Below, in pieces: positions 1 to 8,127 of a DNA stretch of 64,000 bases. Within the stretch, counting starts at the first letter, position 1. Every line of letters begins with the position of its first letter. The notes below the pieces were generated by a model. That model was not told where the DNA came from, did no database searches, and saw only the letters and a list, made by a program, of their open reading frames with translations. Location: contig CAVZSN010000009.1 of NCBI GenBank assembly GCA_963777945.1, forward strand, positions 22,286 through 86,285, read 5' to 3'. This DNA comes from an uncultured Actinomycetota bacterium (lineage in GTDB: Bacteria; Actinomycetota; Thermoleophilia; RBG-16-64-13). Made by a program: the position numbers and the translations under genes.

Positions 1-381
1 CTGGCCGAAGGGTTGGGGTGGCCGGAGAGCACGGTCGAACCGCATACCCTTTTCCTTGCCTTGGCGCTGGGCTACATGTACGTGGTGACGCTTCTCGCTT
101 GGCAGATGGCGCGCCATCCCGAGGCCCGCGCCTTTCCCTGGGTCCTCGTGCAGGCCAAGGGCGCCAGTGCTGTCATATGCCTGGGTCTCTTCATCTTCCA
201 GGAGCAGTACCTCCTCTACCTGGCCAACTTCGTCGTAGACGGAGCGATCGCTCTCCTGGTGTGGTGGCTTTGTTTGCGGGCCAAGGCGGTCGATACGGTC
301 GCGACCGCGAGCAGCCCAGGTGCCCCGGCCGGCGAGCCGATGGATGACCCAACGGGTCGCCTCCCTCGCACCGCCGACTGA
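1..381 (+). CDS. integral membrane protein, hypothetical; 5' end probably outside the window
   Basis: The frame is open from base 1, with no stop upstream of the listed TTG at 13. Hydrophobic helices are present (LFLALALGYMYVVTLLAW, AVICLGLFIF, AIALLVWWLCL). No family recognised. Confidence 0.35.
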   Translation: MAEGLGWPESTVEPHTLFLALALGYMYVVTLLAWQMARHPEARAFPWVLVQAKGASAVICLGLFIFQEQYLLYLANFVVDGAIALLVWWLCLRAKAVDTVATASSPGAPAGEPMDDPTGRLPRTAD

Positions 382-398
382 GTAGGGCCACGCCTGCG

Positions 399-956
399 AT
401 GAGTCTACGTCTGAGTCTGCTGCAGCGGGTGTTTCCCCTGCCGGCGCGGCAGGGGATGCTGGACCGATTGGCGCGGGTCACAGCTCAAGGGTTCGGCGTC
501 CAGTCGCCGGCCTGGGTGGGTAGGTCCTTCGACGCTCGGCTCGCCCAGTATGCAGTCTTCACCGCGCGCCAGAGCGACGAACTTCTTGCCGCGGGTGAAC
601 CGGACAGGATCAGGGCAGCACGCGAGCGCCTCTACGAGGGCGCCGCCGACCTAGGACGCTGGGCTCGGCGACTACTTGGGATCGGGACTCCAGAGGAGGC
701 CTTCACTGCGCTGACGCTGCTCTACCGCCAGATCGGCATAGAGATCAGTGGAGGCCCGACCGGGGCCATCGTGGTCAGCCGGTGCTTCTTCGCCAGCTAC
801 TACAGCGAGCCGGTCTGCAACCTGATAGGCGCGCTCGACCAGGGTGTCGCGGACGGCCTCTACGGTGGCGCGGCGCTCGACTTCTCCGAGCGTCTCACGG
901 CCGGCAGTCCGTGCTGCCGGGCCCTTCTCCTGGCATCATCGGGGGCCCGGCCGTGA
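399..956 (+). CDS. hypothetical protein, translationally coupled to the downstream flavoprotein
   Basis: 185-aa ORF with ATG at 399. Its stop TGA 954-956 overlaps GTG 953 of the next gene (GTGA). Cys-containing C-terminal part (CFFASYY..PVCNL..SPCC). No family confidently recognised. Confidence 0.45.
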   Translation: MSLRLSLLQRVFPLPARQGMLDRLARVTAQGFGVQSPAWVGRSFDARLAQYAVFTARQSDELLAAGEPDRIRAARERLYEGAADLGRWARRLLGIGTPEEAFTALTLLYRQIGIEISGGPTGAIVVSRCFFASYYSEPVCNLIGALDQGVADGLYGGAALDFSERLTAGSPCCRALLLASSGARP

Positions 957-2260
957 AGCGCGCCCTTGTCGTGGGGAGCGGCGCCGGAGGCGCGATGGCG
1001 GCGCGCGAGTTGGCAGCCGACTTCGAGGTGACCGTCGTTGAGGCCGGCGGTGAGTTCAGGCCCTTCGACGGGCGCCTCGATCGCGTCGAGCGGCTGCGGT
1101 CGTCGCGGATGCTCCGCGACCCCCGCCTGATCCAGCTTCTGTACCCGGCCATGCGCGTCACGAAGACCTCAGGAGGCATGGCCCTGGTCTGGGGGAGGGG
1201 CACTGGAGGGAGCACCACCCTTGCCACAGGCAATGCCGTCCGCGCCGACGAAGCCCTGCAGAAGCTCGGCATCGACCTCGATCCCGAATACGACGCCCTG
1301 CACAGGGAACTCCCGATATCCACCGAGCACGAGCAGCGTTGGCGACCGGTAACACGGGAGCTCTTCTCCGCATGTAGCGCTTTGGGCCTCAGCCCGGTGG
1401 TCACCCCCAAATTGGTCGACTACGGACACTGCACCCGCTGCGGAAGATGCGTCCTCGGCTGCCCCAGGGAGGCCAAATGGGATAGTCGCGAGCATCTCAG
1501 GCAAGCCGTGGCTCGCGGCGCGACCCTGCTGACGGACAGCGAAGTCGAACGCGTGGTCTTCGCCGACGGGGAGAGAGGACCACGCCACGCGACGGGGGTG
1601 CTGACCAGGCGCCGCGGGCGGAGAGAGTTCTTGCCCGCCGACCTCGTGGTACTTGCGGCCGGCGGCCTAGGGACACCGGCGGTCCTTTCCAGGTCGGGGA
1701 TCAAGACCGAGGACCGCCTGTTCGTCGACCCGGTACTGTGTGTTGCCGCTTCGTTGCCCGAGAGCCGTGCGGACGAAGAGGTGCCGATGCCGTTCCTGGT
1801 CGAAGGCGACGGCTACATCATCTCTCCCTATTTCGACTACCTGAGCTTCTTCTTCGATTCCGACTGGAGGCGGCCGCGCCGCGATATCGCAGCTCTCATG
1901 ATCAAGCTCGCCGACACCGAGGCCGGTTCTGTCGACCGCCGTCGCCGGGTGACGAAAGAACTGTCCGCCCGAGACGAACAGCGCCTGGCCGTGGCCCGAG
2001 AGTCGTGCCGGGAGATACTTACGCGCCTGGGTGTACGCCGCGAGTCCATCTTCCTGGGGATGCTCAACGCCGGTCATCCCGGCGGCATGCTCCCTCTATC
2101 GGCAGAAGAGCGCGACACCCTCCACTCCGCCCGGCTTCCCGAGAACGTTTATGTCGCCGACGCCTCGCTGCTTCCGGAGTCCTTGGGCAGGCCACCTATT
2201 CTCACCATCATGGCGCTGGCGAGGCGGGTCGCACGTCTCTGCACGGAGCGCCTAGGGTAG
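953..2260 (+). CDS. FAD-dependent oxidoreductase, GMC-like
   Basis: Rossmann dinucleotide motif VVGSGAGGAMAA...VTVVEAGG lies directly after the in-frame GTG 953. The ORF-track start at 782 overlaps the upstream gene. Internal CTRCGRCVLGCPREAKWDS motif and C-terminal NVYVADASLLP are typical of GMC-type flavoproteins. Confidence 0.7.
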   Translation: MKRALVVGSGAGGAMAARELAADFEVTVVEAGGEFRPFDGRLDRVERLRSSRMLRDPRLIQLLYPAMRVTKTSGGMALVWGRGTGGSTTLATGNAVRADEALQKLGIDLDPEYDALHRELPISTEHEQRWRPVTRELFSACSALGLSPVVTPKLVDYGHCTRCGRCVLGCPREAKWDSREHLRQAVARGATLLTDSEVERVVFADGERGPRHATGVLTRRRGRREFLPADLVVLAAGGLGTPAVLSRSGIKTEDRLFVDPVLCVAASLPESRADEEVPMPFLVEGDGYIISPYFDYLSFFFDSDWRRPRRDIAALMIKLADTEAGSVDRRRRVTKELSARDEQRLAVARESCREILTRLGVRRESIFLGMLNAGHPGGMLPLSAEERDTLHSARLPENVYVADASLLPESLGRPPILTIMALARRVARLCTERLG

Positions 2261-3130
2261 AGACTTCAGCAGGTCCACCATGGTCTTGATGTGGTCGGGA
2301 GACGTACCGCAGCAACCGCCCACGAGACGCGCGCCGGCGTGGACGCACGCTTCGACTCCCGCGGCGAATGTCGCGGGCGACATGTCGAACACCAGTTCTT
2401 TGTCCACCAGTCGCCCTTTGCCGGCATTGGGCTGGGCGATGATGGGCAAGGTCGTGGCGGCCTTCATCATCGCAACCACTTCGGCCATCTCCAGGGGGTC
2501 GAGGTTTCCGCAGTTGGCCCCTACCGCCGCAGCCCCCGCCTCAGTCAGGGCTTCCGCGCACCGGACGGCGGTGTCCCCCATCACCGTCCGCCCACCGTTC
2601 GTGGAGGTGTTGAACGCGATGGTCGCAAAGACAGGGAGGTCGGTGGCTTCCCTCGCGGCCCGCAAAGCGCACAGTGCTTCCCGCAGGTCGAACATCGTCT
2701 CGACGATGAGGCCGTCCACTCCGCCCTCCGCGAGGATGGCCGCTTGCTGCTTGAAGGCCGCGAAAGCATCGTCTTCCGGAAGTGGTCCGTACGGTTTCAG
2801 CATCTTGCCGGTGGAACTCATGTCACCGAGCACATACTGGCCCTCGCGCGCCGCCGTCCGGGCCAGCCTGGCTCCCGCCAGATTGACCTCGCTCACATCG
2901 ACGCCCACGTTGTGGGAATCGATGTTGACGCTGTTCATGGTCAAGGTGTTGGTGATCAGGAGGTCGATACCGCAGGCGGCGTAACGCTCGTGAACGGCGA
3001 GCACAGCCTCAGGGTGGGTGACGCAGTTCTGGCCCCCCATCTCCAGGCCGGCTTGACCCAATTGGGTGCCCATGGCCCCATCGAGGAAGATGGTGGTTCT
3101 GCTGCTGCTGAGAAGTTCGAGCAGACTCAT
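2252..3130 (-). CDS. homocysteine S-methyltransferase family protein (Hcy-binding domain)
   Basis: 292 aa. N-terminal IFLDGAMGTQL and C-terminal GGCCGTSPDHI signatures of the S-methyl_trans / MetH N-domain family. Convergent 9-nt overlap with the flavoprotein gene. Confidence 0.75.
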   Translation of the reverse strand: MSLLELLSSSRTTIFLDGAMGTQLGQAGLEMGGQNCVTHPEAVLAVHERYAACGIDLLITNTLTMNSVNIDSHNVGVDVSEVNLAGARLARTAAREGQYVLGDMSSTGKMLKPYGPLPEDDAFAAFKQQAAILAEGGVDGLIVETMFDLREALCALRAAREATDLPVFATIAFNTSTNGGRTVMGDTAVRCAEALTEAGAAAVGANCGNLDPLEMAEVVAMMKAATTLPIIAQPNAGKGRLVDKELVFDMSPATFAAGVEACVHAGARLVGGCCGTSPDHIKTMVDLLKSLP

Positions 3131-3247
3131 TTCGCTGTCGCCCCCTGGTCGTTGCTGGCAGTGAACGGTAGGTGGGAGATCCCGTACGCGTCCTTGGTCG
3201 CTAGTCTAGCGTTCGGCGCGGCGGCTGAGTAGCGCTCGTGGCGGCGT

Positions 3248-3722
3248 CTACAGCGGTAATCCGAGCAGGACCTCCGCGCCCTCCATCTTCCCCGTATGCT
3301 GGAACCCGGCCCGTAAATAGAACTCCTCCGGACAACCAGGTCCCGGTACGTATGAGACGAGCAGATCGGAAGGTGTCCCGCGCGCCTTGGCATGTGCGAT
3401 GACCTGCTCGAGGGCGGCCGCACCGATTCCCTGGCGCTGAGACCGAGCATCGACCATGAAACGCCAGATAGCGATCTCCGGATGCTGGGGAGGTGTAGGC
3501 CGGAGCCGCTCGTCGTACAGCATCGACGAACCCGACCGGTGAGTCATCCAGGTAGATGGCGCGGTACCAGGCCTCGGGTGTGAAGAGAGCCTCGGCGAGA
3601 GAAACCGCGTTGCTGGCGACGAAGCGCTCTTGCCCGGGGGCGACTGCGAGATCGGTGATCTGACGTACGGTGTCGGCAGTGATCTCGCGCAGCGTCACCC
3701 GGTCGGCGATCGCGGACATCAC
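3248..3722 (-). pseudogene. GNAT family N-acetyltransferase, one frame disruption near 3525
   Basis: The N-terminal part (MMSAIADRVTLREITADT...YLDDSPVGFV) is in ORF 3201..3722. The C-terminal part with the acetyl-CoA motif (RSQRQGIGAAALEQVIAHAK...FYLRAGF) is in ORF 3248..3547. The two join with a 1-nt shift. Confidence 0.65.
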
Positions 3723-3760
3723 TCATCCTCCTGGTCTGGTGCTTCCTGGACGATCCTGTC

Positions 3761-4315
3761 TCAGCCGATGTAGATCACGTTTCCTCTCGGCACGCGCTCC
3801 ATCCGGCGGAACTTGTCCTCGTCGTCGGTGTAGCCCAGGGCCAGCCCGCATTCCATCTGGGATCCCTCGGGGATGCCGGCCTCGCGAGCGAGGTCGATGT
3901 TCTCCGGTGCGTTGAGCGCGTACGCGGGCGAGCGCAGGAAGCACGAGCCCAGCCCGAGTTCGGTGGCCTGAAGCAGCATGTTCTCGGCCGCGACCGCACA
4001 GTTGAGCTGCGTGATCGCCATGTCCTTGGGGCCGGAAAGCAGGATGACCGCCGCTGCACCGTAGGTGGGGAGGTACCCGGGGAGCGAGGCCCGCTCCACC
4101 AGGAAGTCGTTGCCCGAGGCGAGCATCGCCTGTAGCGTCCGTTCGTCGATCTTGCCCAGGAGCTCGCGGTCGCGGATGACCGACATCGTGTACTCGCCCG
4201 CGTTCGGAGCCCATCTGCCGGCCGTGATGATGGCCGCGAGATCCGCTTCCGGCACCGCTTTGTCCCGATAGGAGCGGATGCTTTTCCTCTTGAGTACTGC
4301 TTCATCGACGTTCAT
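3761..4315 (-). CDS. nitroreductase family protein
   Basis: 184 aa. KRKSIRSY N-terminal motif, GRWAPNAG, and LQATELGLGSCF, typical of the NAD(P)H nitroreductase fold. Lies downstream of the Mo-enzyme pair on the same strand. Confidence 0.8.
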   Translation of the reverse strand: MNVDEAVLKRKSIRSYRDKAVPEADLAAIITAGRWAPNAGEYTMSVIRDRELLGKIDERTLQAMLASGNDFLVERASLPGYLPTYGAAAVILLSGPKDMAITQLNCAVAAENMLLQATELGLGSCFLRSPAYALNAPENIDLAREAGIPEGSQMECGLALGYTDDEDKFRRMERVPRGNVIYIG

Positions 4316-4378
4316 GTGTTTCTCCTTGGTCTTGAACCGGTGGTGTCGTCGGCTCTATCCGGTGTTCGCTCGATCTGC

Positions 4379-5209
4379 TCAACTTTTCCACAGTTCCACA
4401 TCGCCCACGTTCTGGTCGGCGACGGTGGCATCGATAGGGCCCAGCTTCTTGGTGAGATACCCGTCTTTCTCTATGGTGAGGACGTAGCTTGCGTCCCCCA
4501 GGCCCTTGAGCCAGAAGTCGCCGTAGTTGTCGGTGACGGCGGAAAGGGTGTCGCCGGTTTCCGGGTTGGTGGCAGTGACGGTGGCCCCTTGCACGCACTC
4601 ATCGGCCTCGGGGTCATAAAGGGCCCCGGCGATCCACTTCTTGGGCAGGTTCAGGTAGTAGACCCGGGGACGGGTGGGAAGCTCGGGCTTAAGGAGCTCC
4701 GCCTGGGCCAGCTTGTCCTTGACCCGGGGGTCGTCTTCGTCGGCGAAGGTGAAGGCTCCGGTGGGGCAGGCATCTGAGCAGCGGGTCTCGGTCCAGCCCT
4801 GATCTAAGAGATGGGCGCAGAAGGTGCACTTCTGGGCGATGTTGAGGTCGTCGTTGAAGTAGATGACGTTCTCGTAGGGACAGGCTTCCAGACACAGCTG
4901 GTTACCCCGGCACCACTCCGGAGAGATGATGACGATGCCGTCCTCTCTTCGGTAGATGGCTCCGGCCGGACAGGCCTCGATACAGGGAGCCTCCCGGCAG
5001 TGCTGACAGATACTGTGGTGATAGGTCACCATGACCTTGGGTACCGTACCCCGTTCCAGGTCGATCACCTTGTTCCAGAACTGACCCGTATCGGGCTGGG
5101 GTTTGGCGATGGGCGTCCAGTCGTTGGCCACGTGCTCGTCCTTGCAGGCGATCTGGCAGTTGTGGCAGCCGTTACAGATGGCGAGATCGATGAGCATGAC
5201 TTTGGCCAT
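4379..5209 (-). CDS. Fe-S beta subunit of a pyrogallol-transhydroxylase-type (BthL-like) molybdoenzyme
   Basis: 276 aa starting at MAKVMLIDLAICNGCHNCQIACKDEH. Cys groups: CNGCHNCQIAC, CQHCREAPCIEACP, CLEACP, CTFCAHLL..CSDACP. KPELPTRPRVYYLNL is followed by a C-terminal beta-sandwich-like tail (GATVTATNPETGD...YVLTIEKDGY), as in the small subunit of the Pelobacter transhydroxylase. ATG 5209 overlaps the corrected alpha stop. Confidence 0.8.
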   Translation of the reverse strand: MAKVMLIDLAICNGCHNCQIACKDEHVANDWTPIAKPQPDTGQFWNKVIDLERGTVPKVMVTYHHSICQHCREAPCIEACPAGAIYRREDGIVIISPEWCRGNQLCLEACPYENVIYFNDDLNIAQKCTFCAHLLDQGWTETRCSDACPTGAFTFADEDDPRVKDKLAQAELLKPELPTRPRVYYLNLPKKWIAGALYDPEADECVQGATVTATNPETGDTLSAVTDNYGDFWLKGLGDASYVLTIEKDGYLTKKLGPIDATVADQNVGDVELWKS

Positions 5210-7853
5210 CAGGCACCCCCTTCCGTGAAGCCCGCTATGCAGGGCCCGGCGGTGATGTGGCACTCGCGGGCGAACGCTTCGGGATACTTGGACCTGCAGA
5301 CCCTCGAGGTCGGTCTTCTCCACTTCCACCAGGAAGCCGGAGACGGCCATGCCCACCGTGTTCTTGGAGGTGCAGTTGCGGGGCACGATGGTGTTGATCA
5401 CCCCGCCTCGGTCGATCTCGCCGGGGACGATGGGGTCGTACTTGGCGCCGTGGTCGATACCCACCGCCCCGGCGATGATGCGCTCGGTGACGTAGGCGCC
5501 GGCCAGGACGGTGCCGCGCTCGTTGTAGATGCTGACCACATCTCCGTGCTTGATGCCGCGGGCGTTGGCGTCCGCCGGGTTCATCCACAGCGGGTGATAC
5601 TGATAGCCGTCGCTGCCCCGGATCTTGCAGGTGTCGATCTCCCGGAACCAGGTGACGTCGTCGTGCTGGGAGTGCACCCCCCAGCGGGGGTGGTTGCTCA
5701 TGACGAGGAGCGGATACTTCTTCGCGCGCTCCGTCCCCAGGGTCTCCTCGTGCGAGACGCCTTGCGGGATCCACTGCGGCACCGGCGGCCGCTCCGGGTC
5801 GTCGGGGAAGTGCTCGGCCAGACCGGTCGAGTAGAACTCCAGCTTGCCGGTCGGCGTGGAGAGGGGGTGCCTCTCCGGATCCTCGTAGAACTCGATGAAG
5901 CCGGCGGGGATGTCCTCCCAGCCAGGTTCGGTCGGCACGACGTAGTAACCCTTCTCGTTCAGTTCTTCCCAGGAGATCTTGTCGGCGACTCCGGAGAACT
6001 CCCAGCCCGACTTGATGATCTCGGGGATGGTCTGCCCTCCGGTGTATTCCTCGAGTAGTCCCAGCCTCTCTGCGATCTTGCACACCACCTCGTAGTCGCT
6101 CACCGATTCACCGAGTGACTCCATGCACCGGGGCTCGGGATAGAGCATGTCCATCTGCCCGCTGAAGATGTCGGAGCCGATGTCGTCCTCTTCCAACTTG
6201 GTGTTCACCGGCAGGAGCACATCGGCGAAGAGAGCGTCGTTCTCGATCCAAGGATGCTGACACAAAACGAACTCGATGGATTCGTCGCGCAGCGCCCGGA
6301 TGAAGTTGTTGCCATCGTTCCAGCAGGTGATCCACGACGGCGAGTCGGTCCAGATCATGTGGATCTTGGAAGCCCCCTCGGCCGGGTACTTGTACTCCAC
6401 GAACTGGTCGGTGGCTTCGCTCCGCATCCCGTGTCTGTTGCCGTACCAGGTGCCCTCACCGTCGAGGATCAACTTGGGCACCAGGGTCTTGGGGATGCAC
6501 GATTCGCGGCCCTCTTCCGGAGGGATGTCCCCCCGGTAGGCGGCATCCAGACTGATTGACACCTCGGGTTTCGGAGCGGCCTGGTTCTCGGGATCACGGC
6601 CCAGGGCCCACTCGATCATCTTGGCCTGATTGCAGCCCGGCTTGCCCAGCCCCTGCATGGCGAGACAGAGCACCTGCAGCCGGGCGGGCTCGGTGGAGTA
6701 GGGGCCACGGATGGCCGGCCCGCCGTTGGAGATGACGATGGTGGTCCTCTTCGACGCCCATTCGTCGGCCAGGGCCTTGATGATGCGCGCCGGCACTCCT
6801 GTGATGGGCGCCGCCCACTCCGGGCTCTTGGGCTGGCCGTCCTCCTCGCCCCTCACGTAGGCCTCGAACTTGTCGACGCCGTAGGCATGGGTCGCGAGGT
6901 ACTCCTTGTCATAGGTGCCTCGGTCGAACCAGCGGTGGGCGATGGCCAGATACAGGGCGGCGTCGGTGTTGGGGAGGACTGGGATCCACTTGTCGGCGTG
7001 CACGGCGTTGCCGTAGTTGCAGTCGGGCGCGATATAGATCTGCTTGATGCCCAGTTCGCTCCACCAGTAGTTGAAGCGGCTGACGAGTTGTCCGCCCCAT
7101 CCCCAGGGCGTGGTCTCGGGGTCACATCCCCAGAAAAGAAGCAGTTCCGCGTTCTTCGAGATGTCGTAGAGCAGGTTCTTCTGCGGCAGTTGCTGACCGA
7201 TGGGCTCGCAACCCCACACGTGCTTGGCTCCCCAATACCAGCCTTCCCAGGAGTCGGCATTACGCACTTGGTGAGTGTAGCCACCGAAGAGGGCTAAGCA
7301 GCTTCCGCCCGCAGCCGTGGGGTCCGTGCACGGTCTTGTTCTCGCCGTGCTGGTCGTTCTGGTAGAGGATGGCCGTCGGACCGTAGGCCTTCTTGACCCG
7401 CAGCATTTCGCTCGTGACGATGTCCAGCGCCTCGTCCCACGAGATCCGCAGGTACTTGCTCGCTCCCCGGTTCTGGATGTTACGGCCGCCCGGGCCGGTG
7501 GAGCCCGGCGCGCCGGTATGGTCGAAGTCCACGCGCTTCATGGGGTAGCGGATCCGAGCCGGGGAGAAGACCCGCTTCTTGTAGCAGAGGGAAAGCGGCG
7601 GAGGCAGGGTCTTTTCGCCGGGATCGAAGGTCTTGCCCCGGGCGTGCATCACCCAGGGTTTGACCTCCTCCTTGGTGTACTTGTCGTAGAAGCGGGCGGG
7701 GCGGATGCGAAGGACCTTGCCGTCCTTGGTGTCCACCATGCAGGCGTTGCCGCCCCAGGAGACGCCAATGAAGCACATATCGCGGACGATGGTCCTCGCC
7801 TCGGACTGCTGTGACCCGGTCGCCCCTGTCTTCGCCTGGTCGGCCACGTTCAT
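5209..7853 (-). pseudogene. bis-MGD molybdopterin oxidoreductase alpha subunit, transhydroxylase (AthL/RhL) family paralogue; two frame disruptions (near 7297 and 5290)
   Basis: The N-terminus is in ORF 7260..7853 (RBS AGAGGAG, MNVADQ...YPMKRVDFDHTGAPGSTGPGGRNIQNRG). The body is in ORF 4379..7267 (NADSWEGWYWGAKHVWG...). A shift after ...VEVEKTDLEGLQ restores the tail SKYPEAFARECHITAGPCIAGFTEGGA-stop, with TGA at 5211-5209. There is no Tat signal and no N-terminal Cys cluster, as in AthL. Confidence 0.75.
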
Positions 7854-7894
7854 CTCCTCTCGTCAAGACCTCGAGCCATCATAGTACGAGGAGG

Positions 7895-7918
7895 GCCTCC
7901 GGTGCATCCACCGGAGGC
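7895..7918. promoter_or_regulatory. perfect 10-bp inverted repeat (GCCTCCGGTG-CATC-CACCGGAGGC) in the divergent intergenic region
   Basis: Read directly from the sequence. It lies about 40 nt upstream of the Mo-enzyme start codon. The A-run follows it on the + strand and a T-run precedes it on the - strand, which is the wrong geometry for a terminator of either neighbour. Confidence 0.3.
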
Positions 7919-7978
7919 GCCAAAAAACTGGATGCGCTCCGGGCAGTGGCCCCTCGGCACCAGCCACCGGGCGCCGCC

Positions 7979-8067
7979 GTGTCCCTAGCGTGTCCCCGGA
8001 GGTTGACATGTAGATGCCCCAGGTATAGGATGCCTGATGCGGGCCCATGTGTCCCCATGGTGTCCCC
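7979..8067 (+). promoter_or_regulatory. candidate promoter (TTGACA 8003-8008, 17-nt spacer, TAGGAT 8026-8031) bracketed by two pairs of GTGTCCC(C) direct repeats
   Basis: The repeats start at 7979, 7990, 8049 and 8060, all on the same strand, with 11-bp spacing inside each pair. Pair 1 abuts the -35. Pair 2 lies in the predicted 5' UTR of the gene starting at 8128. Confidence 0.45.
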
Positions 8068-8127
8068 GAACGCAGAATGGATCAGCCCCCGAGGTCGACT
8101 GTCGGGACGCAGCCGGGAGGTACGCCG

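Noticed and set aside
3131-3247. Possible SAM/cobalamin riboswitch upstream of the homocysteine methyltransferase gene.
   Set aside because: I could not find conserved riboswitch core motifs or the expected multi-stem architecture in either orientation. The region is only 117 nt and also has to hold the end of the upstream GNAT gene.
4379-7267. Single 962-aa protein fusing the molybdopterin and Fe-S subunits.
   Set aside because: The connecting segment (VQVSRSVRPRVPHHRRALHSGLHGRGCL) is out-of-frame read-through. A 1-nt shift gives a plausible alpha C-terminus and a TGATG stop/start junction with the beta subunit.
8047-8127. ORF-track start at ATG 8047 for the Arm-CNB protein.
   Set aside because: There is no RBS there, and the extra 27 aa are not part of the arm domain and overlap the GTGTCCCC repeats. 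ATG 8128 has GGGAGG 7 nt upstream and begins exactly at the conserved MAKITK... arm-domain N-terminus.
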